DNA of 63,051 nt, filler included, from Olpidium bornovanus S191 (Eukaryota; Fungi; Olpidiomycota), in NCBI GenBank assembly GCA_017911155.1. It is 28 parts of 28 records of this genome, joined end to end, with 100 filler letters (N's around TTAATTAATTAA, not from the genome) between each part and the next. Parts side by side here need not be neighbours in the genome. Positions count along the whole stretch, not along the records: positions 45,253 to 47,747 come from JAEFCI010001310.1; positions 47,848 to 49,344 come from JAEFCI010002050.1; positions 49,445 to 50,739 come from JAEFCI010011854.1; positions 50,840 to 52,627 come from JAEFCI010001372.1; positions 52,728 to 56,031 come from JAEFCI010004292.1; positions 56,132 to 58,470 come from JAEFCI010007573.1; positions 58,571 to 61,442 come from JAEFCI010005380.1; 21 more parts are not named here. One strand, 5' to 3'. Numbering within the stretch: the first letter of the stretch is position 1; each line of letters begins with the position of its first letter. The position numbers and the translations under genes were made by a program. This document shows, in pieces, positions 47,503 to 58,975 of the stretch. The notes under the pieces were generated by a model. The model was not told the origin of the DNA. It ran no database searches and saw only the letters and a list, made by a program, of their open reading frames with translations.

Positions 47503-47847
47503 AAGCTTTTTGTGTTCCACCCCGCTCTTTCGCCCACTTCGTTTTTCGCTAATCCCCCCCCCCTACAATTTTTTTTTTCTTGACAGTCATGACCGTCATT
47601 CAGGATGATCATCAACTCCTCTCCACCCCCGCCTGCCGCTCTCTCTCTCTCTGTACTATCAGCCGGAAAAGGACGGGGAAGAGTAGGAGAAGACCGTCGG
47701 GGAGCGCGGGCAGCGGGCTCCGATCTGCCGGCGCACGCGCGCAGACCNNNNNNNNNNNNNNNNNNNNNNNNNNNNNNNNNNNNNNNNNNNNTTAATTAAT
47801 TAANNNNNNNNNNNNNNNNNNNNNNNNNNNNNNNNNNNNNNNNNNNN

Positions 47848-49140
47848 CGGAGCTTCTGGGACACAGTAAACCGGTTAACTTCTCCGCACCCACCACATAT
47901 CCGCACCCGAACATCGGGATGGCGTTTCTTCAAGGAATTCACAATGCTGGTGAACGACAATATCATGAACCGCGCACTCCCGGCCGTGAAACCTCCTCCG
48001 TGAAAATCTGCAAAAATCGTGGTGTGGGGGTGGGTTTGGGCGGGAAATGGGATGTCAGTGCTGAAAACGCGAATGCGCCGGACCAAGGACGGCCCGACGC
48101 CCTTCCGTCCCCCCGGTCGCCAGGCGCATTCGTTCGCCCGACATCTTACAGAGCAGGACGAGCCCCGGGTCCACGCCCGCCTCCTTCTCGGCCCAGTGGC
48201 TCCCCTCAGTGGGGGGGTCGCACCCAATCCAGTGCGCGACGACCTTCCTCGGCGCCCTTTTCTTCCCGCTCTCCGGTTCGCCGGCGCTCTCGACCTTAGA
48301 CGGCATGTCCGCGTCCATGGCGTTGACCGGCTCCAGGGCGGAAAGCTTCGCGCCGTCGTCAGCGACGTCGACGGTACTCAGGGAAACGCGGAAGGGATGC
48401 AGGAGGAGAATCCGTTCCACGAGCGATGCGTTTCTCCGGGCGACGTCCAGGGTCGTGTTGAGCATGTAGCGGAGGAGCTCCACCGCAACTTCCTCGCGAA
48501 ACGTCCACTCCTTGCACCGCCGGTTGTTTGAAACTCGGCGAATGAGAACTTTGGGAATCAGGCAGACTGCAAAAAAAAGAAAGAATCCCTTCAGCAGAAC
48601 AAACTAAGGTAGAGCGTAATATCGGCAAGAAAGAGCGTAATATCGGCAAGAAAGAGCGTAATATCGGCAAGAAACGTCCACCCACACGACGCGAAAATCC
48701 CGACACCGAACAAGCTCTTTCTGATCAGGCAGATCGGCGGCGCCCCAGCCAAAAAGCGACGACGTCAGCATCCCAGCGTCGGAACAAAAAAAAGGATAAA
48801 GAAAACAAAAACAAACGGGAAAAAAAAAAGAAAAGCGAAAAGCGTGGGGTGGGGCGATCAGAACTTACCGGACGTGGTAGAGGAAGCCGGAGCTTGGGTA
48901 CGTGTCTCGCACGGGCAGCTCGGCGTGCAGGGCCGCGAAGGAAAGGGGCGCATCGTGCGGGTGCGTTGAGCGGTCGCGGGCGTCGAGCTGGGCGGGGCCG
49001 GCGGGGCGCAAGTGGGGGGCGGCGGCGGCGGCGGAGTGGCGGCGGGGGGGAGCGGCGTTAGCAAGGCCGTTGTCGCTGTCGTCGTCGTCGCCGTCGTGCA
49101 GGACCACCAGCGCAGGGAACGGCTGGCGGGCAATAACCAT
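47848..49140 (-). CDS. Alpha/beta-hydrolase fold-3 (HSL-like esterase/lipase); multi-exon, 3' partial
   Basis: EWTFREEVAVELLRYML...VVAHWIG...GLVLL|..FHGGGFTAGSARF...SLKKRHPDVRV: the HGGG oxyanion-hole motif in its usual context. The GxSxG motif lies beyond the contig end. Confidence 0.7.
48611..48673. repeat. Perfect 21-nt tandem repeat x3
   Basis: agagcgtaatatcggcaagaa three times, probably intronic. Confidence 0.95.
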
Positions 49141-50359
49141 AAATGTGGGGGAAAAGTGCTTTTGCGGGGGGGGAGCAGCGGGGAAGAGAAAAAGGGAAAA
49201 GGGGGGGTTTCTGCGCTTGGGGAAGGAACGGCCCCAAGTAAAACAAAAAAAAAAAATAAAACAAAGAAAAAGTAAAAAATAAAGGAGAGAGGAAGGGAGA
49301 TAGATGGAGAGAAGGACAGAGAGAAGAGAGAGAGAGAGAGAGAGNNNNNNNNNNNNNNNNNNNNNNNNNNNNNNNNNNNNNNNNNNNNTTAATTAATTAA
49401 NNNNNNNNNNNNNNNNNNNNNNNNNNNNNNNNNNNNNNNNNNNNCCCCCTACTCCCCCCCCCCCCCCCCCCCCCACACAACCCCCCCCCCCCCCCCCCCC
49501 CCCCCCTCCCCCTCCCCCCACGGGACGATTTTTCTTCCTTCCGCCCGCCCTGCCCTGTCCGGGGGAAAATTTGTTTTTTTTTCTTCTGATGTATATTATA
49601 CCCCCGCCCTCCATAGAAGCCTCTGAGCGGGGCGGGCGCATCCCGCCTGCAATTGTCAAAACACATTGTCAAAATGGCGTGTTTTCTTTTTCTTGCGCAG
49701 AAGTCGGTCCGAACGCTTCCTCATCCACCACCCCAAAACGCCCCCCGTCCTTTTTCTTTTTCTTTTTTTTGTTTTATGGGTTGGTTTTTTTGAGAGGAGG
49801 GGGGGGGGTTACCTTACCAGGGCCTTTCCTCGGGCGTTTTTTGCCGCGCTCGTCCGAGGATACTTGAAACCAGACGAAGCCCTCTTTCCCCGCGTTATCC
49901 GTACATCGAAGGTGATCTGGAAGTTGGGGGGAGGAGGATCATCGTTCAAGAGAGAAAGAGAGATTCCGAAGGAGAAAACCATCTGAGCCTGTAAAACCAA
50001 AAGAAGGCGGAGCTCTCTCGAGGAAGAGGTGGGGGTGGGAGGGGGAGAGGGGGGGGGCATTTATTTCGAAGAATAAAGTCAGGGAACTAACTCGGCGGGA
50101 TCGGGGGCGAAAGAAAACGCCCGCAAAATACAACAACCGCGCGGAAACGAAGCAAGAAGGCGCGGAAACGAAGCAAGAAGGCCTTTTTTTTTTTTCTTTG
50201 CACGCAAAAAAATTCGGGCCGAACCCCCCCGGAAAACTCCAAAATCTGCCTGGCACACGCGCGCGGCTTTTGGAAATAAAAAAAAAAATTTAGGGCACGC
50301 CCGGGTTGCGCTAGAAGAAGATCGTCGGACGGACGTATACCAATAACCGAAATTATTTC

Positions 50360-50739
50360 CGGGACGCCAATTCAAAAAAAGTATTTGCCCCCCCCCCCCC
50401 CCCTCCCCCCCCCCCCCCCCGCCTCCCCCGCCGGCCACCTGGAGGCAGAATTCACGCCGTAGTGTCGGAAAAAAACAAAAAAAAAAATTATTTCTCCAAA
50501 CTTTCGCAAAACTTTTTCGTCGAGCGTCCGGCCGGTTGTTTCCAGGTTTCTACCGTCGCGAGAAACAGTCTTCCCGTCGGGTCGCCCCATGGTAAAAAAA
50601 AAGGCCAAAAAAAGGCCAAAAAAAGGCCAAAAAAAAAACCGAAACGCGCGTCTCCCTTTCGCGCGCGGCGAGGGAACACGGGGGAAGGGGCGGGAAGTGG
50701 GGGGGGGGGGGCAAATACTTTTTTTGAATTGGCGTCCCG
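50360..50739. mobile_element. MITE-like segment bounded by perfect inverted repeats (or an assembly fold-back)
   Basis: cgggacgccaattcaaaaaaagtatttgccccccc (from 50360) is the exact reverse complement of gggggggcaaatactttttttgaattggcgtcccg (ending 50739). The roughly 300 nt between is non-coding. Confidence 0.5.
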
Positions 50740-50839
50740 NNNNNNNNNNNNNNNNNNNNNNNNNNNNNNNNNNNNNNNNNNNNTTAATTAATTAANNNNN
50801 NNNNNNNNNNNNNNNNNNNNNNNNNNNNNNNNNNNNNNN

Positions 50840-50871
<32 letters not shown>

Positions 50872-50890
50872 CCAACCCCCACCGCTGGCA

Positions 50891-50896
50891 TATAAA
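50891..50896 (+). promoter_or_regulatory. TATA box upstream of the secreted Ala-rich gene
   Basis: TATAAA in an otherwise very GC-rich context, about 105 nt before the ATG at 51000, followed by a pyrimidine-rich stretch. Confidence 0.55.
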
Positions 50897-50999
50897 CCGT
50901 CCGGCCAGCGCGCCCCTCCGTCCGTCGTCCACCCGCCAACCCGCACACACAGCCGCCGATCTCGGGTTCTTTCTCTCGCTTTCTGATACCCTCGCCGCC

Positions 51000-51866
51000 A
51001 TGCGTGTCTCGTGCGCCACCGCCCTCCTCCTGGCCGCCGCCGCCTCGCCGCTCTGCGCCGCGGTGACTCTCCGCCTCCTCCCCGACTCGGACCCCGAAGT
51101 CGCCAACGTCGTCCACGCCGTCCTCAGCGACCCCGCCGTGGCCGAGGCCATCGCCGCCGCTTCCATCGCCGGCCTCGCCGTCATCCAGGCTGCCGGCGGC
51201 GAGCATAACAGAGCCACCGTCGCTGCTGCCAGCCAAGCCGCCGCCGCCGCCTCCAGGGCCGTCTTCGACCGCAAAGCCCGCGAGAAGGCCTCGCGCGAGG
51301 CGTTTAGGAACGCCCGGAAAGCCGCCGCCGCCGCTTTCAAAAACTCCTTTTCCGCCGCCTCCGCTTCCGCGGCGGCTGGCGCGCGGAACGTCGCCGCCCG
51401 CGCCCGCCTCCATGCCGCCGCCGCCCTCTCCCGCCTCGAAGCCGCCTCCGTCGCCGTGAAGTCCGGCGCGCAACTGGCGAAGGACTACGTGGTCGCCCAC
51501 CCGCGCCTGGCCGTCGGCGTCGCCGGTGTCGCCGCCGGCGCCGCCTCTGGCTACGCCTCGCAAAAGTCCCTGCTGCCCTCCCGTTTCCGCAAGCCCGCAC
51601 CCCCGGCAGAACCCGCCGCCCCGGCAGAGCCCGCCGGTGACGCAGCGCCGTTCGTCCCTGTGCCGATCTTTTCCCTCGTCGAAACCTTTGACGAGGTGAG
51701 CGGTCCTTCCCCCTCCACCTCTTCCTCCTCCGGCGACGAACCCCTCAGCCCCGAAACGGCCGCCGTCGAGCCCGCGCCGTTCTCGGTCGAAACTCTCGAC
51801 GACTCCGACGACGAACGCGCCCGCCCAGAAGCGGCCGCTGCCGCGGACGCCGAAGAACAAAAATAG
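51000..51866 (+). CDS. Intronless secreted or membrane-associated Ala-rich orphan protein (288 aa)
   Basis: Complete ORF with strong C-ending codon bias. Signal peptide MRVSCATALLLAAAASPLCAA, Ala/Lys/Arg helices, a glycine-zipper-like LAVGVAGVAAGAASG and an acidic Pro-rich tail. An AT-rich 3' region follows at about 51950-52060. Confidence 0.8.
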   Translation: MRVSCATALLLAAAASPLCAAVTLRLLPDSDPEVANVVHAVLSDPAVAEAIAAASIAGLAVIQAAGGEHNRATVAAASQAAAAASRAVFDRKAREKASREAFRNARKAAAAAFKNSFSAASASAAAGARNVAARARLHAAAALSRLEAASVAVKSGAQLAKDYVVAHPRLAVGVAGVAAGAASGYASQKSLLPSRFRKPAPPAEPAAPAEPAGDAAPFVPVPIFSLVETFDEVSGPSPSTSSSSGDEPLSPETAAVEPAPFSVETLDDSDDERARPEAAAAADAEEQK

Positions 51867-52574
51867 GTCGGCCGCCGACGCCTAGCACCGACCGGCCGCG
51901 GCCCGCCCACCCCGCGGCCCGCGGACCAGAAAGACCAAATCCGCGCCCCGGTTGTTAATGTATTTCCTCCAAAACAGCACTCGCACGAATTAAAAATTAC
52001 TTATAATTTGTAACTGAAATAGAGCGCCGATTATCATTTGTGTTAAAAATTGTCTTATACCCGCAATGACCGATTTGGAACGCGGGATACTTTTTCGTGT
52101 GATCTTTAGCGCGGGATGTGGAACGCGGCATCCGGGATTTGTTTGTGTATGCCCGCCGTTGCACCCTCGTCATCCAAAACCTGTCGGCAGATCACGCGTT
52201 TTCGAACTCTCAAGAGCCGGCCAGGCAGCCTCGACTTCTGGCCGGCAATCAAATGATCAGAATGCGTCTTCTCGGAAAACACCGCTGATTAACATTGCTA
52301 AACGCCTGGAGAAACAGGGTTTTGGTCTAGAAGAAGTACCGGGTGGTGGTGGGCGGGGGGGGGGGGAAGTTTAAATGGCGTCAAAACAACTCGGATCTGG
52401 CCTGTCCGGACGCTGCACCGCGTCACCTTTGAAAGCGCGAGCTTCGACCGGACTGCGGGTTCGCCGCCGTTTTCCCCCTTCACCGCGCGCCGGCCCCAGT
52501 TTTGTCCCTGAGGCGGGCCGGGGGGGGGGGGGGGGGGGTGGAAAAAACGGGGAAACGCGAAAAGGCGGGGGGGC

Positions 52575-52620
<46 letters not shown>

Positions 52621-53239
52621 TGCGCAGNNNNNNNNNNNNNNNNNNNNNNNNNNNNNNNNNNNNNNNNNNNNTTAATTAATTAANNNNNNNNNNNNNNNNN
52701 NNNNNNNNNNNNNNNNNNNNNNNNNNNCATGGACGCAAATGACTTCTCCGTCTACGAACTGCGGTTCGAATTCGTTTGACGCGTTTTTGGCGATAAGACG
52801 GTTCGCGGGAAGCCAGGAATGAAAGATAAAAGAAGAGCAAGGGCATCCGGCCTCGATTTTTAGCCGGCGACGCCCTGCAGGGGAACGGCGATTCCCCCGC
52901 CCCCCCCGCCCCAAGCTGCGCCGTCGTTACTCTGCAAAGTTGTATATAGCTCTTGCCCCGCAATAGAAAAACCTTAATAATCTCCGCCGGGATAAATTTA
53001 CTCCTGCTGTTTAACGGGTCAACGTCAACGGACAAAAAAAGAAAAAACCTTCGAGCCGAACTTTTTTTTTGCTGCAGTCGAGTGTTACGGAACGGCGAAA
53101 GTGCGTATATCACACAGGCCGCGGTTCCCTTTTTTTTTTTTTTTTTTTTTTTTTTTGTTAATTCGACGAGCGGTACCGCAGGCAAACTCTTCGGGTGTCA
53201 TCAACGGGTCGTCGCTCGGGGGGAAATGGAAGGGGGGGG

Positions 53240-54125
53240 TGTGGTAAGGGGCTGGAGGGATAAAAAAAAAAATTCAGCGACATGCCCTAAAATGGCCGCC
53301 AGTCGGGAGCTGACAACGCCCCGACGCGTTTCCTCAGAGCGGACGTCCCTTTTATGTAGGACTCCGGGAGTTTTCGGGGCTTTTGGAGCTCACGGAGAGC
53401 TGTCCTAATCCGTTCTGCTCCGCCTTTTATAGAGAGGGCGTTCCAGGGTGAGGCGCGAACGTGTACTTTTCAAGGGTAAAACGTATGGTTTCACGGGTGA
53501 AACAATGGTGGGCGCGGTGCTCAGCTTCCCCATTTCGGACACCCCGCCTCACTGGGCGCACCATTTTCGCCCGTGGTTACTCTAAATCTATGTCCCACGG
53601 CACCTTTTTTCCTTTGTGGTTTTTCTTTTTGGGAGGTTTGACGTGTAACTCGGGTGGTTTCGCATTCCCAAGCATCTCTCGGAACCTGACGAACTTGATT
53701 CTGCCCCGAGATTTGGAGAATATGTCTGCCGAGTTGTCCTTTGACGCAACCCTTTCGACCGCAACAGTTCCATCCAGAACACATTGGCGAATGTGGTGGT
53801 ACCGAATAATGATATGCTCGGGCCGTTACGTCTTGGCGTCCTTTGCCAGCTCCATGGCTCCGTTTTTGTCGATGTGCAACTTTGTTGCCTCCGTGACAGC
53901 GGTTTCATCAATCTGCTTGAGGAATAAGCGAATCCACAGGACTTCCGGCGCCGCCACCGATTCTGAGGCAAATTCTGCTTTGCAGGACAATTTTGCGACG
54001 CATTTTTGCCTTGTCGAGCGCCAGGATACTGGTGATCAGCTGTATAAAATAACCATCCCTGACGTTGAGGCCCGTGTTTGGTGGCACCCTGCGCAATCCG
54101 CGTCGCAAAACCGCCGAAAGGGAAG
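53240..54125 (-). mobile_element. Ty1/Copia 3' end: RNase H remnant, polypurine tract and a 3' LTR of about 300 nt
   Basis: FCDADCAGCHQTRASTSG...PVSWRSTRQKCVA...AEF...LWIRLFLKQIDE...IDKNGAMELAKD...IRYHHIR...VASKDNSADIFSK, with stops. It is followed by gaggcggggTGtccgaaatggg. The LTR (53540 to about 53240) contains ctctataaaagg (TATA) and ends in CA. Confidence 0.85.
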
Positions 54126-54980
54126 GGAGGGGGATGGTGAGTTTGCTTAGCAGCCAGGCAGCAGCAGTTCAGTGTGAAAGCAGTTTACTGTACTGTGTTT
54201 TTTGCGCGCCTGAAACCAAAACCTCTTCTTAAGAAAGAACGTCAATTTTTTGTGTTCATCAACAACGTGCCAGCGGGAAATTTGAACCACGCGTGGGCCC
54301 GGTGCTGGGAAGAACTACTTCCCCTCCCCTCCCCTCTCCCCTCCCCGTTAAGGTACAGGCAGGATTTCTATTGTGCGGGCGAACTCGCCGGCCAACCAGC
54401 TGTCGATCCTTTCCTTTGGCCGCTCGTTCGAAACAAGCTCATCAGCCGTCATTTGCAATCTCCAAAAAGGATCCCCTTTTCCCCCCCGAAACCTGGAAAT
54501 GCCGCAGGACAGCGAACTTGTCGCGGCACTGTCCACGGAAGTGCGCGAAACAAAAAAAAAAATGTTGGGGCGGCATACGAACCCGGGCAGTAATCAGACG
54601 AAGGCGCAGGCGACGAGAGCGCGCGAGGCTATTTTTTTTTTTCTTTTGGGGAAGGGGGAGGGAATGGCTCCTGCTTCGCGTCTGCAGACCAGCGGCCGCC
54701 CGTCTCAGGCGTGGCCGAAGAGGCGGTGCTTGCCGGCACACGGGAAGGGGCGGGTGTAAATGTTCGTCATTTTTTTTTTGTTTCGTTCTTTTCGCTCTGG
54801 GTTGGCCGGCCGTGCAGATGATGATGGCGGCGGCGTCCCGAGTCCCGTAAATCCAAGCCGCGATCCACTTCGTCCCCTCTTTCCCTCTTCCCCCTCCCCC
54901 GCCTGTCATCCGGCATCGCTCGCCCCCCCCCCCCCCGCGCGTTCGGTTCCGCCGCTTCCCCGACGACGCTCGGCGCCGGC

Positions 54981-56031
54981 ATGGAACGGATTGCCGCCGC
55001 AGTTCACAGTTGCCCCCCGCGGGCCGCCGCCGCCGCCGCCGTCGCGTTCCGCAGGCTGCTCTCCTCCTGCGCCGCCTTTCCCCCACCGCCGCAGGGGTCA
55101 GGCTCGCCTCCACGCACCCTTGTGGAGAAGATCGTCCAGCGCTACTCCGTGCAGGAGGACTGCCACCCAAATGGCCACGTGAAGGCGGGGGACTTCGTTG
55201 CCATCAGGCCGGAGCATGTCATGCCCCACGACAACACGGCCGCCGTTATGTCAAAGTACGGGTCAGGGGATGTGTGTGTGTGTGTGTGGAGAGGAGGGGC
55301 AGTTTTGCTCGCGGGCATTTGCAAAAGGTCGAGGCACTTCTGGAGGGTCACTCAGGCATACTTGCCGGAGATGGTCGGTCCTAGCCCGATTCTCGCTGCT
55401 CAACTCCTTCATCGCGGTCGAGGGGGTCGTGTCCTTCTGCGCTATAACCTCGTCTGGATTTGCGTATTTGCAGATTCAAGACTTTAGGAGCAACGAAATT
55501 CAAGTATCCGAGTCAGGCCGTCTTCACCTTAGATCACGACGTGCAGAACAAGTCAGAGAAGGTAAGTAGGAGTGGTTGCAAAACCAGACAGAACCCCGTT
55601 TTCCCGCAGGAACCGCGATTATTTTTATTTTTCTTTTGTTTCGAGTTGCATCCCAACCGACTTGCGTTTCAATCCAGAACCTCAGTAAATACCAATCAAT
55701 TGAACGTTTTGCCAGCCTGCATGGCGTCGATTTCTACGGCGCCGGTCGGGGCATCGGGCACCAGGTTATGATCGAAGAGGGCTACGCCTTCCCGTACACC
55801 CTAGTTGTCGCCTCGGATTCTCATTCCAACATGTACGGCGGAATCGGAGCGCTGGGCACGCCCGTGGTTCGCACAGATGCCGCCGCTATATGGGTTACCG
55901 GCCAGACGTGGTGGCAGATCCCGCCGATTGCCGAAGTGGTGTTGGACGGCGCGCTCCCCGCTGGATGCTCGGGAAAGGACGTGATCGTTGCCTTGTGCGG
56001 GGCCTTCAATTCGGACGAGGTGCTGAACATG
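54981..56031 (+). CDS. LYS4: Homoaconitase (alpha-aminoadipate lysine pathway), mitochondrial; 3' partial
   Basis: Presequence, then [11 protein letters not shown]...[16 protein letters not shown]...|..[14 protein letters not shown]|[12 protein letters not shown]...[17 protein letters not shown]...[39 protein letters not shown]...[16 protein letters not shown]. Confidence 0.97.
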
Positions 56032-56954
56032 NNNNNNNNNNNNNNNNNNNNNNNNNNNNNNNNNNNNNNNNNNNNTTAATTAATTAANNNNNNNNNNNNN
56101 NNNNNNNNNNNNNNNNNNNNNNNNNNNNNNNCATGCGTTGTGCCCCTCGTGCCCGGCATATGCGCTGGAAACATTGCGGAAACCCAGCTGCTGAACGCGC
56201 ACACGCCAATCGCAGGTTTTTACGGAACTCCGTGCGGATGCCAAGAACTTCCGACCCGAGCCGCTGTTTGGGATGTGGGCTTGACGGATGCATCTACGAG
56301 GCGACGAGGAGCTGTTGGCGGACGTTATTGCGAAACCCTGCCTCCCTACGACTTCCATTCTAATTGTCTTTGAGAATACTTCGGCTACGGGCGTTCCTTT
56401 GTTCCCCCGCGCCGGTGTGCCACATCAGACTGTCAACGTCAGATTTGGCTTCCTTCAGCATTACTGTCATTCGCTCATCGCGGCTTCTCGAAGCAGCTGC
56501 ATATTGCAGATTTGTTTTGCGGCGCATTGCTGACGCCGATTACATTCAACAGAATAAAATGCGAAACTTCGGCGCTCAGGATTTTACGCGTCAAGCCCGT
56601 TTTCTACAGAGTAAATGAGTGGCCAGTCCACATGGTCTTCTCCATCAAGCATGTGTGACCGCATACAATGCAGTTTACAGATCGTCTGTTACGGCCCTCA
56701 CGGACTATTCCAGTTTCTCCGTTGTTGTGGACCGCCAGCAGTTTCTCTATTGTTGTAGACCGTCAGCGACGTTGAACGGTTGTGCCGTTGAGCGCTCTGA
56801 CTAATTTCGACGGTGTTATCGACTGCCTGAAATAGATAGATTTCTCTACGTGCAAGGTTTTCGATGGGGAATACCGCCACTACGCCGCGCCTGGACCTCC
56901 TCAGCATCGGCCCCGCGGCTTTCGAGCTCGGTGGTGTCCAACTTTCGCTTTATG

Positions 56955-58380
56955 TTATGATGCGGTTTGTTCAAACGGCGGCCTGGACAATATTGCCGGC
57001 GCATTCTCGATCATAAACGCCAACATCGTGTCATTCTTCATTTCCAAAAGAATGTCCTGGCTAGCGGGCTGGTCGCCGAACACGCCCGGCGTGAAGACGA
57101 TGCCCAGGTTCTTTTCGTCCATGGAGTTAACCTGCTTGTTTGCTGCCACCCTGCGCAGAAGTCCAGATTGTCAGCCCGCTCGCCCAAGGCCGCCCCTGAT
57201 CGAGCCGGCCCGAAGTACCTGTGAAGATGCTCTAACTGGAACTTGAGAGTCGCTTTGTTGCAACGAGGTATTGTACCAAGCCGCGCGCATACGTCGTCGA
57301 GTCTCTCTTGATGGTCAGTAATCCCTAAGGCGCACTGGAGCGTTTAGCGTTTTTGGTACTTTTTGGCCCTTTCGAATGTTCTGGTGCAACACACGCACTC
57401 GAGTTTGCGAGCCTCTCGCCAGGCGAAACGCTGAACAGCGGCTCGGGAAGCTCGACCAGAAAAGACTTTAACAGGCCTGCCACATTTTTAATATCATCTG
57501 TAGGCTGGAATGGCCGGTGCTGGCCTAGGTGGTCCATGTAACCCGTTGGCGTTAACGTCGACTTCTCCGCCGGGGACGGGGGCACGGACCCGGGCGTCGT
57601 AGCCGCGGACGAATCTCCTCGGGGAACCGGCCGAGGATCGATGTCCTGTATGTTCAGCGGCAGAAAGCTGGTCGCGCTCCCTTGGATCGAGGCGCTCTTA
57701 AGTGACGGCGTACGCGAACCTGCCTCCCGCGCATAATCTGCTCCAGATCCCAACCCTTCGGCTGCTTCCGCCGGCCCCGGCGACGTTCCAAGCATATCGC
57801 CACCCTCGACTACCTGCTGCGACGGTGACTCGACAAGTCCGGCAGGCGTCGGCGACCACGCGGCGGCCTCCGGGGGCCGATACAGCTGGGCGTTCGGGTT
57901 CGCCTCGAATTCCGCCTGAAGCCGCAAGATGGCTGTCCGCTGGCCAGGGACACGATAGATGCCCTTCTGGAACATGCCGTGCTCCTCCACCAGCTGGGCC
58001 GTCCGCTCCACGACCAGCGGGACGTCGCGGCCCGTGAAAGCCAGGTGGAACTGCAGCGGAACTCCGAAAACGAGGTCTAGGCGGCCAACGACGGGGGGGG
58101 GGGGGGGGGGGCGGGGGGGGGGGGGGGGGGTGGTGATGTGGGTGGGCGCGCTGCCGCCGGACCAGCGCCTCCTCTCCACGGGCACGGCGCAAGCAGGAGA
58201 AGATACGCATCGAAAAGACGGTCCAAGGAAGGAAGAATAGAACCGACCTTTGTAGTCGCCCGGCCGAATACGACACGCACTCCATCCGACTTCCTTTGCT
58301 CTCGACGATATTTGCTCGATGTCCACGTTGACCTTTATGGCGGTCACGCAGGTCTCCATCTCCGTACAGAGCTTGAGAAA
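56955..58380 (-). CDS. RhoGAP-domain protein (possibly Rgd1-like F-BAR/RhoGAP); 5' partial
   Basis: VFGVPL...DVPLVVERTAQLVEEHGMFQKGIYRVPG (arginine finger intact)...DDIKNVAGLLKSFLVELPEPLF|..TIPRCNKATLKFQLEHLHR|VAANKQVNSMDEKNLGIVFTPGVF. The upstream ETCVTAIKVNVDIEQI resembles an F-BAR C-terminus. Confidence 0.9.
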
Positions 58381-58570
58381 CGTAATTTTTTAAGGGGGAG
58401 AGGAGGAGGGGGGGGGTTTGCCGAACAGCCCGGGAGGGAAATTTGTCAGGAAAGGCTTCTTCCTCCCATGNNNNNNNNNNNNNNNNNNNNNNNNNNNNNN
58501 NNNNNNNNNNNNNNTTAATTAATTAANNNNNNNNNNNNNNNNNNNNNNNNNNNNNNNNNNNNNNNNNNNN

Positions 58571-58975
58571 CATGAAAAATTGTTGCTGCGGTTACCAATG
58601 GTAATAATCCCTGATGACCGACTCCACGAACTATGCGGAGATCTTGGCCAGCCTCAAAGGAACTGCCGGAGTCTGGTCCTTCAGCCAGTACGTTCGGAGC
58701 GCCTGCGGGCTCCCAGTAAAAAAAAGAATTTACCCCAGTTTTTAACGACAATACTACGTGCCTCGTGCAGATGAACTCAGGCTTCATCAACAAGGATCAG
58801 ACGAAGAACGCCTCCCTAAGGCTCTACTCAGCACACAAATTTCTTGGGAAGGAAATCGACCCAAAACAGGTCAAATCTCAGGACAACTGTGCGCCCCTTG
58901 TCGCAAAAACCCTGCCGGTCTAACCCCACCAAGTGATGGCCAAGGCAATCGGCTCCGCCGACTAAATGGAGGCCC
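58571..58975 (+). mobile_element. Ty1/Copia RNase H relic of a different clade from the other two
   Basis: STNYAEILAS...GVWSFSQYVRSACGL|frameshift|TPVFNDNTTCLVQMNSGFINKDQTKNAS...KEIDPKQVKSQDNCAPLVAKTLP follows the SSNHAEI...CGL...EDNAACIAQ...GYIK.DRTKHISPK type of Copia. Confidence 0.75.
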
